Shown here piece by piece: positions 1 through 9,558 of a stretch of DNA of 64,000 nt. The DNA is taken from positions 3,555-67,554 of the forward strand of contig CAKZRW010000027.1 of the NCBI GenBank assembly GCA_937148845.1, given 5' to 3'. The translations under genes were made by a program, and so were the position numbers. The notes under the pieces are model-generated. The model did no database searches and was not told where the DNA came from. It saw only the letters and a list, made by a program, of their open reading frames with translations. The stretch is from an uncultured Actinomycetes bacterium. Its GTDB lineage: Bacteria > Actinomycetota > Thermoleophilia > RBG-16-64-13. Each line of letters starts with the position of its first letter. Within the stretch, counting starts at the first letter, position 1.

Positions 1-428
1 GTCGGCCCGTGCTTTCCTGCCAGGATGGGCATATGCGACAGCCCCGCCGGCACATAAGCGACCCAACTGGAGGTGAGGGGTATGACCTCGTCTTCGATCT
101 GCATGAACATGGGATCGATGTCCTCGGGACGATTCGGGTCCACGCTCCACCAAGAGAGGAGCTCGGGGAAATCGTGGGCGTGAGGGTTGAGGATGGGAAG
201 GCGCTTGCCGGCGCTTGCTAGTTCGTCCCAGGTTACCTGGTTGGGGAAATAAGAAGGCCACATCCAAGTGGTCTCGCCGTAGTAGGCGCCCGGGATAACG
301 TCCCGGTCGATCCAGTGCACATGCTCAAGTCCCAATCTCTTGCCCTGGGCTGCAAGCTCTCGGCGCTCTTCAGGAGTGGGGCCGGGGAGCAGGTGTTCTT
401 TTTGCAGACTTGTGCAGATGTACTTCAT
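1..428 (-). CDS. Atypical cupin-like protein, partial (runs off the window start)
   Basis: Absent from the ORF track; translated by hand as MKYICTSLQKEHLLPGPTPEE...NPHAHDFPELLSWWSVDPNRPED...VAYVPAGLSHMP. The ATG at 428 overlaps the AOR stop (ATGA). Carries the HxH..E...YVPxGxxHxP motif. Confidence 0.75.
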   Translation of the reverse strand, partial: MKYICTSLQKEHLLPGPTPEERRELAAQGKRLGLEHVHWIDRDVIPGAYYGETTWMWPSYFPNQVTWDELASAGKRLPILNPHAHDFPELLSWWSVDPNRPEDIDPMFMQIEDEVIPLTSSWVAYVPAGLSHMPILAGKHGP

Positions 429-2272
429 GGCCACAACACCTGAGCCACGTCGTCCAGGCCCAGTTCGAGCAGCTTCGCCTTGCTCGGCTTGCCAGTCTTC
501 GTGTCCCAGTCCATCTCGACCAGATACTGGTCGTAGATCTCTTCGTGGGTGAAACTGATACCTGCTCTTGGCCCCTCGGTCTTGGGAGGAACCCCCCTCA
601 TGCGGTCGGGGTGGAGGAAGGGTGTCTGTAGTCCCTCTCGTATGTTGAACGCTTGCCGCATGTTGGTGATCCGCTCACCCGTGACGAGCAGCTCCTCCTT
701 GGTGAGGTCTTGCCAGCCGGTCACGGCGTGTAGAGCCTCCACCAGCTGGTCCGCGCTGGGATAGGCGCCGGCGACGAAATGGCACAGGCCCAGCGCGCTC
801 ACGGCGTGCATGAAGTTGGTGCTCGCCTTATGGTAGGGACCGCGACCGGTCTTCTGGTCTGGGGGAACTTCGGGCACTCCGAGCGCTGGTGGGTGGAGCC
901 CCCCGCCCTGGTTGTGGCGCCCTGGAGTGGGATCGCACCCGTACCCGATTGCGAAGCTCCAGCCCCCACGCGGGTCGTGGCCGGCGATTTCCTGCCCGCC
1001 GATATGCATGGCGTACCGATCGGCGTCACGGCCCACCCGTGCGGCCGCTCGTTTAAGACCGTCAGCCAGAATATCGCCGAAGCCCTCCCGTCTCCCGATC
1101 TTCTCGGTCATAGCCACAAGCGCCTGATGGTTGCCCCAGGTCATTTCCAGTCCGTCGGTGTCTTCCTTAGTAAGGATGCCCCGCTCGTAACACTCCATCG
1201 TGAACGCTATGCAAGCCCCGGCAGAGATGGTGTCGAGCCCATAGCGGTTGCACAGCTCGTTGGCGACGATGATGGAGTCGAGGTTGTCGTTGAGGCAGTT
1301 GCTATCGAACATGGCCAGCGTTTCGTACTCGGGTTTGTGGGTGCCCTCTCGGTATCGGTATTCCCCGTCGCCGGCGTGCATGTGTCCGCCGCAAGCGATG
1401 GGGCAGCGCCAGCAAGCGAAGCGACGTTTCTGCTTGGCTAACACGGCCTCTCCACCACAGGAGGCGTAGGTGGGCAAGTCCACGGCTGCCACGCCCGCCC
1501 AGTTCTTGGCCGGGGCGTCGTCGATCGCACAGCACATCTCATAGATGCCGGGCGTGCCGGTGGCGTGGAGCTGTTCGGCGTGACCGGTCAAGCTGGCGAC
1601 GTGCTTCTTGCGCAGCTCCCGCATCAGTTCCGGCTCTGCCACGGGCACCGGCAGATCCCCCTGCACTGCGACAGCTTTGAGTCTCTTCGACCCCATGACG
1701 GCGCCCAAACCGGAGCGACCTGCCGCTCGTCCCTTGTTGTTGATCACAGCAGCGATGAGGGCAAGCTTCTCCCCGGCGGGCCCGATGCAAGCGATCTCTA
1801 GATCCTTGCCATGCTGCCCTCTCAAGATGTCCTCGGTTTCGACCGTATCTTTGCCCCATAGGGGACAGGCCCAGCGAAGCTCAGCTGAACCGCCCCCGAT
1901 GTGGAGGTATACCGGTCGTTCGGACCGGCCGGTGAAAAAGACCGCGTCGTAACCGGCCGTTTTCAATCGCGGGCCGAAGCTCCCGCCGGAGTTCGCATCT
2001 CCCCAGCCGCCCGTGAGTGGTGACTTGCCGACCACTGTGTAGCGGGAACCTCCTACTGCATCTGTACCAGTCAGGATGCCGGTGACAAAGCCCAGAATCG
2101 CGTCCGGGCCCAGCGGGTCCACGCCCGCTTTCTGGCGGTCCCACAAGATGCGGGCGCCCAATCCGTACCCGCCTAAGCATCTGCGGGCCGTGGGTTCGTC
2201 AAATTGTTCTTCTCTGAAGTTCCCGATGGAGAGGTCCACCCACAGGATCTTTCCCATCGCTCCGAAGCCCAA
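425..2272 (-). CDS. aor: Aldehyde:ferredoxin oxidoreductase (AOR family, W/Mo-pterin)
   Basis: Motifs GKILWVDLS, KSPLTGGWGDANSGG, GRAAGRSGLGAVMGSKRLKA, CxxCxxxC (CWRCPIAC), PEYET, GLDTIS; GGAGG RBS before the TTG start. Confidence 0.93.
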   Translation of the reverse strand: MGFGAMGKILWVDLSIGNFREEQFDEPTARRCLGGYGLGARILWDRQKAGVDPLGPDAILGFVTGILTGTDAVGGSRYTVVGKSPLTGGWGDANSGGSFGPRLKTAGYDAVFFTGRSERPVYLHIGGGSAELRWACPLWGKDTVETEDILRGQHGKDLEIACIGPAGEKLALIAAVINNKGRAAGRSGLGAVMGSKRLKAVAVQGDLPVPVAEPELMRELRKKHVASLTGHAEQLHATGTPGIYEMCCAIDDAPAKNWAGVAAVDLPTYASCGGEAVLAKQKRRFACWRCPIACGGHMHAGDGEYRYREGTHKPEYETLAMFDSNCLNDNLDSIIVANELCNRYGLDTISAGACIAFTMECYERGILTKEDTDGLEMTWGNHQALVAMTEKIGRREGFGDILADGLKRAAARVGRDADRYAMHIGGQEIAGHDPRGGWSFAIGYGCDPTPGRHNQGGGLHPPALGVPEVPPDQKTGRGPYHKASTNFMHAVSALGLCHFVAGAYPSADQLVEALHAVTGWQDLTKEELLVTGERITNMRQAFNIREGLQTPFLHPDRMRGVPPKTEGPRAGISFTHEEIYDQYLVEMDWDTKTGKPSKAKLLELGLDDVAQVLWP

Positions 2273-2334
2273 CGTGACCTCCAGGGGTTGCGTTTCCAGT
2301 CTAAAGCCTGATAAAAATTAACTTGGACTACTGA

Positions 2335-2348
2335 TTAGGTAGTATTAA
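2335..2348. promoter_or_regulatory. Putative operator TTAG-N6-TTAA in the divergent aor/etf intergenic region
   Basis: TTAGGTAGTATTAA in an AT-rich patch; same pattern as six other sites. Confidence 0.55.
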
Positions 2349-2472
2349 GAATAACCCTGAGGCTCGGCCTGGTCCAGACCATGTGGAGCAAGTCTCCGGG
2401 CGCGTCTCGCCAAGGGTGGGGCAGCGCCTAGGCGGGGTAGCGGCTTCCTCACTGGGGAGGGAAGGTTCGCCG

Positions 2473-3270
2473 GTGAAGAACATTGCGGTGTGCATGAAGC
2501 AGGTGCTGGATCCGGAGATGCCCTTGTCACTTTTTCGCATTGACCCGGAAACCAAGTCAGCCCTACCTGCGAGGGGTGCCCCGCCTGTGCTTAGTCCCTT
2601 CGATGAAAACGCTCTCGAAGCGGCCCTGCGCATCAAGGACGACGAGAAGGCTAAAGTCACTGTCATCACCTTAGGGAGGAGACTGGTGCGGGCGGTGGTG
2701 ACTGCCTCACTGGCGGCAGGGGCCGATGAGCTCTTGCTCCTGGAGGACGCTTCGTTCAATGAGTTTGACCCCTTCCTGACCGCTTCCGCGCTGGCGGCTG
2801 CAATCAGAAAGAGGGGACCGTACGACCTTGTTCTCTGTGGACTGCAAGCAGCGGACACCAACGCCGGTCTGGTTCCCATCGGTATAGCCTGCCTGTTGGG
2901 CGTGACCTGCCTGACCGGCGCGCGAGAGGTTCGACTCAAAGAGGAGAGCGTGGTAGTCGCGCGGTCGCTGGCGTATGGGTACGAGGTGCTCGAGGCTCCC
3001 TGTCCGGCTGTGGTGACGGTGACCTATGAGGTGGGCTCCCTGCGCGAGCCGGGCGTGGAAGCCTTCATGTCGGCCAGCGCCAAGCCCGTCATTGTCTGGA
3101 CTGCTGCCGACCTAGAGCTGGAGCAGGCAGGTATGGCTGGTGGCAGGACCGAGATCCTGCGCATGGAAGTCCCCGTGCGGGCGAGCCGTTGCGAGATCTT
3201 GGAGGGCGAGAGTGTGCAGGCCAAGGCGGAGCAGCTGGTCAGCCGGCTGCAGCAGGCGAAAGTGATCTAG
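2473..3270 (+). CDS. etfB: Electron transfer flavoprotein beta subunit
   Basis: MKNIAVCMKQVLD, SPFDENALEAALRIK, DLVLCGLQAAD; GTG start at 2473 behind a purine-rich RBS. Confidence 0.93.
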   Translation: MKNIAVCMKQVLDPEMPLSLFRIDPETKSALPARGAPPVLSPFDENALEAALRIKDDEKAKVTVITLGRRLVRAVVTASLAAGADELLLLEDASFNEFDPFLTASALAAAIRKRGPYDLVLCGLQAADTNAGLVPIGIACLLGVTCLTGAREVRLKEESVVVARSLAYGYEVLEAPCPAVVTVTYEVGSLREPGVEAFMSASAKPVIVWTAADLELEQAGMAGGRTEILRMEVPVRASRCEILEGESVQAKAEQLVSRLQQAKVI

Positions 3271-3298
3271 GGTGTGCTGAGGAGGGGGAAGCGACCAC

Positions 3299-4327
3299 AT
3301 GGTGCCTCCGGCGGATGGGCGAGGCGTTCTAGTCTACTGTGAGGTCGAGGGTGGGAGGCTGGCTCCCCTCGCGCTTGAGGTCTTGGGAGTGGGGCGTCGT
3401 CTGGCTTCTGCTTTGGGCCAAGAGCTGGGCGCTGTTCTTATCGGAGAGGGGGTCGCACCGTTGGCCTCGGAAGTCATCGTCCACGGAGCGGACAAGGTGT
3501 ATGTGGGCGAGGCGGGCTTGCTCTGCGAGTACGTTTTGGAACTTTATCTTCCAGTCGTGGAGGAGGCAATCGAGCAGGCCCAGCCAGCTATCCTCCTCTT
3601 CGGACACACGCTGGTAGGACGGGAGCTTGCTCCCTGGACGGCCTTCCGACGGGGTGTGGTCGCCTCGATGGACTGTGTCGCGTTGGAGATAGACCCCCAT
3701 ACCAAGCGTCTCCTGATGACCCGCCCCGTCTATGGAGGTAACGCCCAGGCCGTGCAGGTGTCGATGGGCGACCCTCAGGTCGCCACTGTCAGGGCGAAGA
3801 CGATGGCCCCGGCAGTAAAAGACCACGGCCGGTACGGCCAGGTCGTGGAACTCAAGGCGGGGGGACGACTGCCGGCTCCGCGGGTGAAGGTCCTGGAGAG
3901 GAAGGCGGAGCCGGGGACAAGGGTCAAGCTGGAGGAGGCCCGGGTGGTCGTCGCTGGGGGGCGAGGCATAGGTAGTGCCTCAGGCTTCAAGCAGTTAGAA
4001 GAGCTGGCCGGTCTTCTCGGCGGCGCCGTGGGAGCCACTCGCCCGCCCTGTGACGCCAAGTGGGCTAAGGAAAGCCAGCAGATCGGCATTACCGGCAGAA
4101 TAGTTGGCCCCGAGCTGTACATTGCTGTGGCGCTTTCGGGGGCGAGCCAGCACCTGGCCGGCTGTTCCGCGGCGAAAGTGATCGTCGCCATAAACAAGGA
4201 TCCAGAGGCCAACATTTTCCACGTCGTCGACTATGGCATTGCGGACGATTGGAAAGCAGTCGTGCCGGCTCTCCTTTCCTGCTTGCGCGCCCGGACGGAC
4301 AAGGAGACCGAAGGTATATGGCGTTAG
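3299..4327 (+). CDS. etfA: Electron transfer flavoprotein alpha subunit
   Basis: TRPVYGG, VVAGGRG, QIGITGRIVGPELYIAVALSGASQH, INKDPEANIF. Confidence 0.95.
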   Translation: MVPPADGRGVLVYCEVEGGRLAPLALEVLGVGRRLASALGQELGAVLIGEGVAPLASEVIVHGADKVYVGEAGLLCEYVLELYLPVVEEAIEQAQPAILLFGHTLVGRELAPWTAFRRGVVASMDCVALEIDPHTKRLLMTRPVYGGNAQAVQVSMGDPQVATVRAKTMAPAVKDHGRYGQVVELKAGGRLPAPRVKVLERKAEPGTRVKLEEARVVVAGGRGIGSASGFKQLEELAGLLGGAVGATRPPCDAKWAKESQQIGITGRIVGPELYIAVALSGASQHLAGCSAAKVIVAINKDPEANIFHVVDYGIADDWKAVVPALLSCLRARTDKETEGIWR

Positions 4328-5793
4328 ACGATCTCGGCCGTATCGTGGGGGAGGCTAACTTCACGAAAAACCCGGCTGCCCTCCAGGAGTACTGCGAGGG
4401 CAAAGGCGGGTGCGTTCCCCGGGCCTTGGTAAGGCCAGCTAGTACCGAGGAGGTCCAACGCATTGTGGAGTGGGCCAACGACACTCGCGCGCTGCTGGTT
4501 CCGGTGAGCTCAGGTCCACCCCATATACACGGTGGATCTACACCGAGCGTGGAGGGAGCGGTGGTCGTCGACCTGCGGCGGATGGACAAGGTCATCCGCG
4601 TCGATAAGAACAACCGGGTGGTCATAGTGCAGCCGGGAGTGACTTTCGGGCACTTGCAGACCGAGCTGGCCCGGCAGGGGCTTTCGGCCTACCTGCCTCT
4701 CTTGCCTCGTCCCACAAAATCGGTGCTGGCAAGCGTGCTTGAGCGGGAGCCCATCCTGATGCCGAGCGTTCATTTTGACAGCACCGATCCCCTGCTTTGT
4801 GCAGAGATAGTCTTCGGCACGGGAGATCGCATGCGCACGGGCGAGGCGGCCGGGCCAGACACTCTGGAGGAACAGTGGGAGATCGGCAAGGCCCAGATCA
4901 GCCCCTTCGGGCCCACTCAGATGGATCCCCAGAGGCTGGTCTCGGGGGCTCAGGGCACCATAGGCATCGTGACTTGGGTCTCTCTGAAGTGCCGCCAGCG
5001 TTCGGATGAGGCGCGTGCGTTCTTCCTGCCGAGCGAGGATCTGGATGCGCTTGTCGAGCTCAGCTACCACCTCTGCCGTATCCGTTACACCGGGACGATT
5101 CTCTTGCTGGACAGAGTGAACTTGGCCCGCATGGCCCAGAGGACTCCCCGAGAGATTCATGGCCTGCAGTGCGCTCTTCCCAACTGGGTGCTGTTCGTGG
5201 CGTACGAGGGGTATGGCCTGCTTCCGGAAGAGAAGCTGAAGTACTTGGAAGAGGACCTGCGGGAATCAGCTTCCTCCTACGGCCTAGAGCCGGTGACCGA
5301 TCTTGCTGGGTTGCCGGGGGAGGCCTTGTACCGGCTCCTTCTAGGGCCTTCTTCGCAACCTTATTGGAAGCTTCGGTCGCACGGCGGTTTTCGCGATGTG
5401 TTCTTCATCACCACCCAGGACAAGACGCCCTACTTTGCCAAGAGGATGCGAAAACTGGCGCGTCGGTTTGGCTTTCCGACGCAGCAACTGGGTATGTACA
5501 TGCAGCCGGTGGTGCAGGGGACGAGCTGCCACTTGGAGTTCAACCTGTACTTCGATCCTACCGATCTGACCGGCGTGAAACGGTTGCGTCGTCTGGAGGC
5601 GGCCGCGGTCGACCGGCTGGAGAGAGAGGGGGCTTTCTTTGCCCGGCCCTATCCAGGTTGGGCGGAGGCGGCCTACAGGGGGTACCCCGACACCGCGGCT
5701 ATGCAGAGAAAGGTCAAAGCCATCTTTGACCCGAACTGGGTGCTCAATCCGGGCAAGCTGTGCTTCCCGCCCGGCAGCGGGAGGCAAGACTGA
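4318..5793 (+). CDS. FAD-binding oxidoreductase (VAO/PCMH, GlcD-like)
   Basis: PRALVRPASTEEV, VDLRRMDKV, VQPGVTF, GAQGTIGIVT, KAIFDPNWVLNPGK. Confidence 0.85.
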   Translation: MALDDLGRIVGEANFTKNPAALQEYCEGKGGCVPRALVRPASTEEVQRIVEWANDTRALLVPVSSGPPHIHGGSTPSVEGAVVVDLRRMDKVIRVDKNNRVVIVQPGVTFGHLQTELARQGLSAYLPLLPRPTKSVLASVLEREPILMPSVHFDSTDPLLCAEIVFGTGDRMRTGEAAGPDTLEEQWEIGKAQISPFGPTQMDPQRLVSGAQGTIGIVTWVSLKCRQRSDEARAFFLPSEDLDALVELSYHLCRIRYTGTILLLDRVNLARMAQRTPREIHGLQCALPNWVLFVAYEGYGLLPEEKLKYLEEDLRESASSYGLEPVTDLAGLPGEALYRLLLGPSSQPYWKLRSHGGFRDVFFITTQDKTPYFAKRMRKLARRFGFPTQQLGMYMQPVVQGTSCHLEFNLYFDPTDLTGVKRLRRLEAAAVDRLEREGAFFARPYPGWAEAAYRGYPDTAAMQRKVKAIFDPNWVLNPGKLCFPPGSGRQD

Positions 5794-5796
5794 GAG

Positions 5797-7098
5797 ATGA
5801 CCTGGCAAGACTTCATACATGACATGCAGCGATGCACGCGCTGCTCGTACTGCAAGTACATACCCTGGCGATTGATACGAAACTTCAGGTTCAGCGAAGG
5901 TTGCCCCTCAGCAGCTCGTTATCACTGGCATGCCTATGCGGCGGGCGGGAAGTTCAATCTGGCGTATAGCCTCCTGCAGGGGGCCATTGACATCAACGAC
6001 AGTTTGTTGGAGGTGGTCTATAAGTGTCTGATGGACGGCTCTTGTGACATAGCCTGCAAGGTTCAGCAAGATCTAGAACCCCTGCAGCACATGCAGGAGT
6101 TTCGGGTGGAGTGCGTCGCTCGAGGGTATCTCCTTCCTCAGCACCAGCCCTATCTGCGGAGCCTGCGGGCAGAGGACAACATGTTGTTAAGGCGCCGGGA
6201 GGAGCGCGGGTACTGGGCCGAGGGGCTGGAAGTCAAACGGGTCACGAGCGACAAGGCCGAGGTAGTCTTTTTCGCTGGGTGCCGCTACTCCTACGACCAA
6301 GACCTCTGGCCGGTGGCAAGAGCGGCGGTGCATCTTCTGCAGCGGGCGGGAGTGGATGTCGGCATACTGGGGGCAGATGAGGCCTGTTGCGCGGGGCGGG
6401 CCTACGAGCTGGGATACGAAGGCGAGCTCATGAAGTTCGCTGAGCACCAGCGGGACACTCTGGCCACGGTGGCCAGGACGGCGGGGGTCCACACTCTGGT
6501 CACTGCCTGTTCCGACTGTTACAGCACCTTCAAAGTTCTGTATGACAAGATCGGCAAGAAGAGCGACGTGGAGGTTTGTCACATTACGCAGTACCTGGAG
6601 CGGCTCATCCAGGAAGGCCGCTTACGGCCTCGCAAGTCCCTTGACCTCAACATCACCTACCACGACCCCTGCCACCTCGGTCGTCTGGGCGAACCGTGGA
6701 TCCATTGGCAAGGCCGGGAGTACAAGCCAGTGGGGACGCAGATCTGGCTACATGACCCACCCAAGAGATTCCGTCGCGGCACCCATGGGGTCTACGAGCC
6801 CCCGCGCAACGTTCTCAAGAGCATTCCCGGGCTGGAGTTGGTGGAGATGTACCGGACGCGCGAGTATGCCTGGTGCTGCGGAGCCGGCGGCGGTGTGATC
6901 GACGCCTACCCGGACTTCGCTCAGTGGACGGCTGCGGAAAGACTGGAGGAAGCCCACGAGGTGGGAGCCGAAGCCATTGTGAGCGCCTGTCCTTGGTGCA
7001 AGAGGAACTTCCTCGACACGGCAGCAATTACCAAAGACAGGATAGGGATCTTCGACCTTGTGGAACTGGTGGAGCGGGCGGTGGGGGGCAGCGAGTAG
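5797..7098 (+). CDS. Fe-S oxidoreductase, GlcF/HdrD-like (ferredoxin motifs plus two CCG domains)
   Basis: CTRCSYC...CP, CLMDGSCDIAC, EACCAG, TACSDC, YHDPCHLGR, CCGAGGG, SACPWC. Confidence 0.88.
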   Translation: MTWQDFIHDMQRCTRCSYCKYIPWRLIRNFRFSEGCPSAARYHWHAYAAGGKFNLAYSLLQGAIDINDSLLEVVYKCLMDGSCDIACKVQQDLEPLQHMQEFRVECVARGYLLPQHQPYLRSLRAEDNMLLRRREERGYWAEGLEVKRVTSDKAEVVFFAGCRYSYDQDLWPVARAAVHLLQRAGVDVGILGADEACCAGRAYELGYEGELMKFAEHQRDTLATVARTAGVHTLVTACSDCYSTFKVLYDKIGKKSDVEVCHITQYLERLIQEGRLRPRKSLDLNITYHDPCHLGRLGEPWIHWQGREYKPVGTQIWLHDPPKRFRRGTHGVYEPPRNVLKSIPGLELVEMYRTREYAWCCGAGGGVIDAYPDFAQWTAAERLEEAHEVGAEAIVSACPWCKRNFLDTAAITKDRIGIFDLVELVERAVGGSE

Positions 7099-7120
7099 GC
7101 AGAGGCGGAGAAGTATCGCC

Positions 7121-8755
7121 ATGGCTCTGAGTGAAGAAGAACACAAAGTGCTTGAGGGTATCGTCGGCCCGCAGTACATCACTCGGGACCCTATCATCAT
7201 GGAAAGTTACTGCCAGGTGTGGGGCAACAAGCTCGAGTTCGGCGACAAATGGCACCGGCCCCCTGCCGCCGTGCTTTTGCCCGGGAATGTCGAAGAGATC
7301 CAGGCCATCGTCAAGTTCTGCAACCAGGCTGGGATCCTTTTCAAGCCCTTCGCTCGCGGCTTCGAGTATGTGGCCACCTATCTCGCCAGCAGCCGGGGTA
7401 TCTTGCTGGAGCTCAAGAGACTGAACCGCATACTGGAGATCGACCCCAAGAACCAGCATGCGGTGGTGGAGCCTTTTGTCCCTGTCTATCAATTGCAGGA
7501 CGCGGCTGGCAAGCTGGGATTCTATGTAGGCAAGCCGGGCGTGGGTTACAGCGCTTCCTGCGTCTCGCTGGCCTGCTGTCATCAGGAGATGACCATCTCG
7601 CAGCTCTACACCAGCGGCTACGGGCGCAACGTGCTCGGCTGTGAGTGGGTGCTTCCCACGGGGGACATCCTCAATCTGGGCACTGCGAACCGAAAGGGCG
7701 GGTGGTTCACTGGTGACGGGCCCGGTTTCAGTTTGCGGGGCATCTTGCGGGGACGAGCCGGCGCCAATGGTGGGCACGGCATCATCACCAAGTGCTCGGT
7801 GAAGCTCTACCCCTGGTACGCCAAGGCTCCCAGCGAGTGTGAACTGAAACGGGAACCCGGGCAGGCGCTGTCCGCTGCGCAGTTGGAGAAAGTGCCCGAC
7901 AACTACTGGGTGGATGTCCTCACCTTTCCAGATACCGAAAGGATGCTGCAGGCGGCACGGGACATCGGGCAAGCCGAGATCGCCTGCTTGGTAGCGCCCG
8001 CCTACATGAACACGGGTTTTCACGAAGAGGGCAACGACGAGCAATGGGCCAAGCTAAAGGAGTCGCCGCCGGACTTGGGCAAGTTCGCCCGCATGATGCC
8101 GGTCATAGTCAACGGCCACTCATCGCGGGAGCTTGAGTACAGGCGGAAGGCGGTAAGGGCAGCCATGGAGAAGTGGGGGGGGTGGCTCGAGCCAGAGTGG
8201 AACACTGAGAAGGTGAAAGCCCAGATCTTCCAGTACCAGATGTGGTCCACCGGGGTACCGGGTCTGAGGGCGACGGGCGACTTCATGTTGTCCACCCAAG
8301 GCGCTGACGGCTCGGTCGAAATGCAGCTGGCTTACCGTCCGGTCGAGTTCCAAGCCCTGCAGCCCTTTGCTGCGGCTGGCAACGTGTTGCATCCGAACAT
8401 GGGCATGTCGTACCGGCCTATGGAGCACTTCTCACTGGGCTGCTCAGGCGGCATCGCGACGGATTTCGACCCCTGGGATCCGGCCTCCCTCGCAGCTGGG
8501 AAGGAGTACTTGGAGATCGTCTACGATCCCCACGGGCCCTGCCGCCGGTTCGGTTACGCGAACCGTGGAGCCATGATGCAGGTGGAGGATGTCAACCATA
8601 TCCACGAGCGCTGGGGGCCTATCTACGATCGCGCCGATCGCTGGCTCCAGAAAGTGAGGAACATGCTGGACCCTAACCGTGTGGCTGACTGGTCCGCTTA
8701 TATTCCCCCTGAGTACCAGGAAAGACCGGACGAAGAGAGGCACGCATGCTGCTGA
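7121..8755 (+). CDS. Second FAD-binding oxidoreductase (VAO/PCMH family)
   Basis: PAAVLLPGNVEEIQ, LKRLNRILEID, VLPTGDIL, GGHGIITK, MLDPNRV. Confidence 0.82.
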   Translation: MALSEEEHKVLEGIVGPQYITRDPIIMESYCQVWGNKLEFGDKWHRPPAAVLLPGNVEEIQAIVKFCNQAGILFKPFARGFEYVATYLASSRGILLELKRLNRILEIDPKNQHAVVEPFVPVYQLQDAAGKLGFYVGKPGVGYSASCVSLACCHQEMTISQLYTSGYGRNVLGCEWVLPTGDILNLGTANRKGGWFTGDGPGFSLRGILRGRAGANGGHGIITKCSVKLYPWYAKAPSECELKREPGQALSAAQLEKVPDNYWVDVLTFPDTERMLQAARDIGQAEIACLVAPAYMNTGFHEEGNDEQWAKLKESPPDLGKFARMMPVIVNGHSSRELEYRRKAVRAAMEKWGGWLEPEWNTEKVKAQIFQYQMWSTGVPGLRATGDFMLSTQGADGSVEMQLAYRPVEFQALQPFAAAGNVLHPNMGMSYRPMEHFSLGCSGGIATDFDPWDPASLAAGKEYLEIVYDPHGPCRRFGYANRGAMMQVEDVNHIHERWGPIYDRADRWLQKVRNMLDPNRVADWSAYIPPEYQERPDEERHACC

Positions 8756-9540
8756 GAGACAGGGTGGCCCTTGTCACCGGCGGAGCCAAAGGCATAGGCA
8801 GGGGCATAAGTCTGAAGTTCGCGGAAGAGGGTTGCGATATCGCCGTAGTGGACATCGACGCTGAAGCCGGGAATGAGACTGCTGAGCGGGTCAGGGGCAA
8901 GGGGAGAGAGGCTTTATTCCTGGAATGCGATGTCACCCGTCGTGCACAAGTGGAAGAGGTGGTCGGAACAGTCCTTGAGAGGTTTGGAAAGATCGATATC
9001 CTGGTGAACAACGCGGGGGGTATAAGCACGCCGGTCACCATCGAGAACATGCCCGAAGAGGTGTGGGATCAGATAGTGGACCTCAACCTCAAGAGCCAGT
9101 TTTTGTTCTGCAAGTTCGTGGTCCCGCACATGAAGAAGGCGCGCTCTGGAAAGATCATCTGTCTATCTTCCATCGGTGCTGCGCTGCCTCCGGCCCACAG
9201 CATCCACTACAACGCAGCTAAGGGTGGGGTGATCAGTTTCACTTACGACCTGGCTGCAACCGTAGCCCCCTATGGCATCAATGTCAACTGCATTGCTCCG
9301 GGGCCCGTCCGTACGCACTTCTTTGACGGGGTGGCGGGGCGGTGCTTGCCCGAAGAGGAGAAGGACGCTCTGTGCGCCGACCTGGCCAAAGAGGTTCCTC
9401 TCGGTCGTGTGGGCACTCCCGAGGACATCGCGGGAGCCGCCCTGTTCCTGGCCTCGGAGCTCGCCTCCTTTATCACCGGTCACTGTTTGTACGTGAGCGG
9501 CGGACTTCCGCTCCGACCCCTCTCAGATGCATCCGCCTGA
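8746..9540 (+). CDS. Short-chain dehydrogenase/reductase (classical, likely NAD-dependent)
   Basis: TGGAKGIG, VVDID, NNAG, YNAAK. Confidence 0.92.
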   Translation: MLLRDRVALVTGGAKGIGRGISLKFAEEGCDIAVVDIDAEAGNETAERVRGKGREALFLECDVTRRAQVEEVVGTVLERFGKIDILVNNAGGISTPVTIENMPEEVWDQIVDLNLKSQFLFCKFVVPHMKKARSGKIICLSSIGAALPPAHSIHYNAAKGGVISFTYDLAATVAPYGINVNCIAPGPVRTHFFDGVAGRCLPEEEKDALCADLAKEVPLGRVGTPEDIAGAALFLASELASFITGHCLYVSGGLPLRPLSDASA

Positions 9541-9558
9541 AATCGGGGTGCCGGGGAG

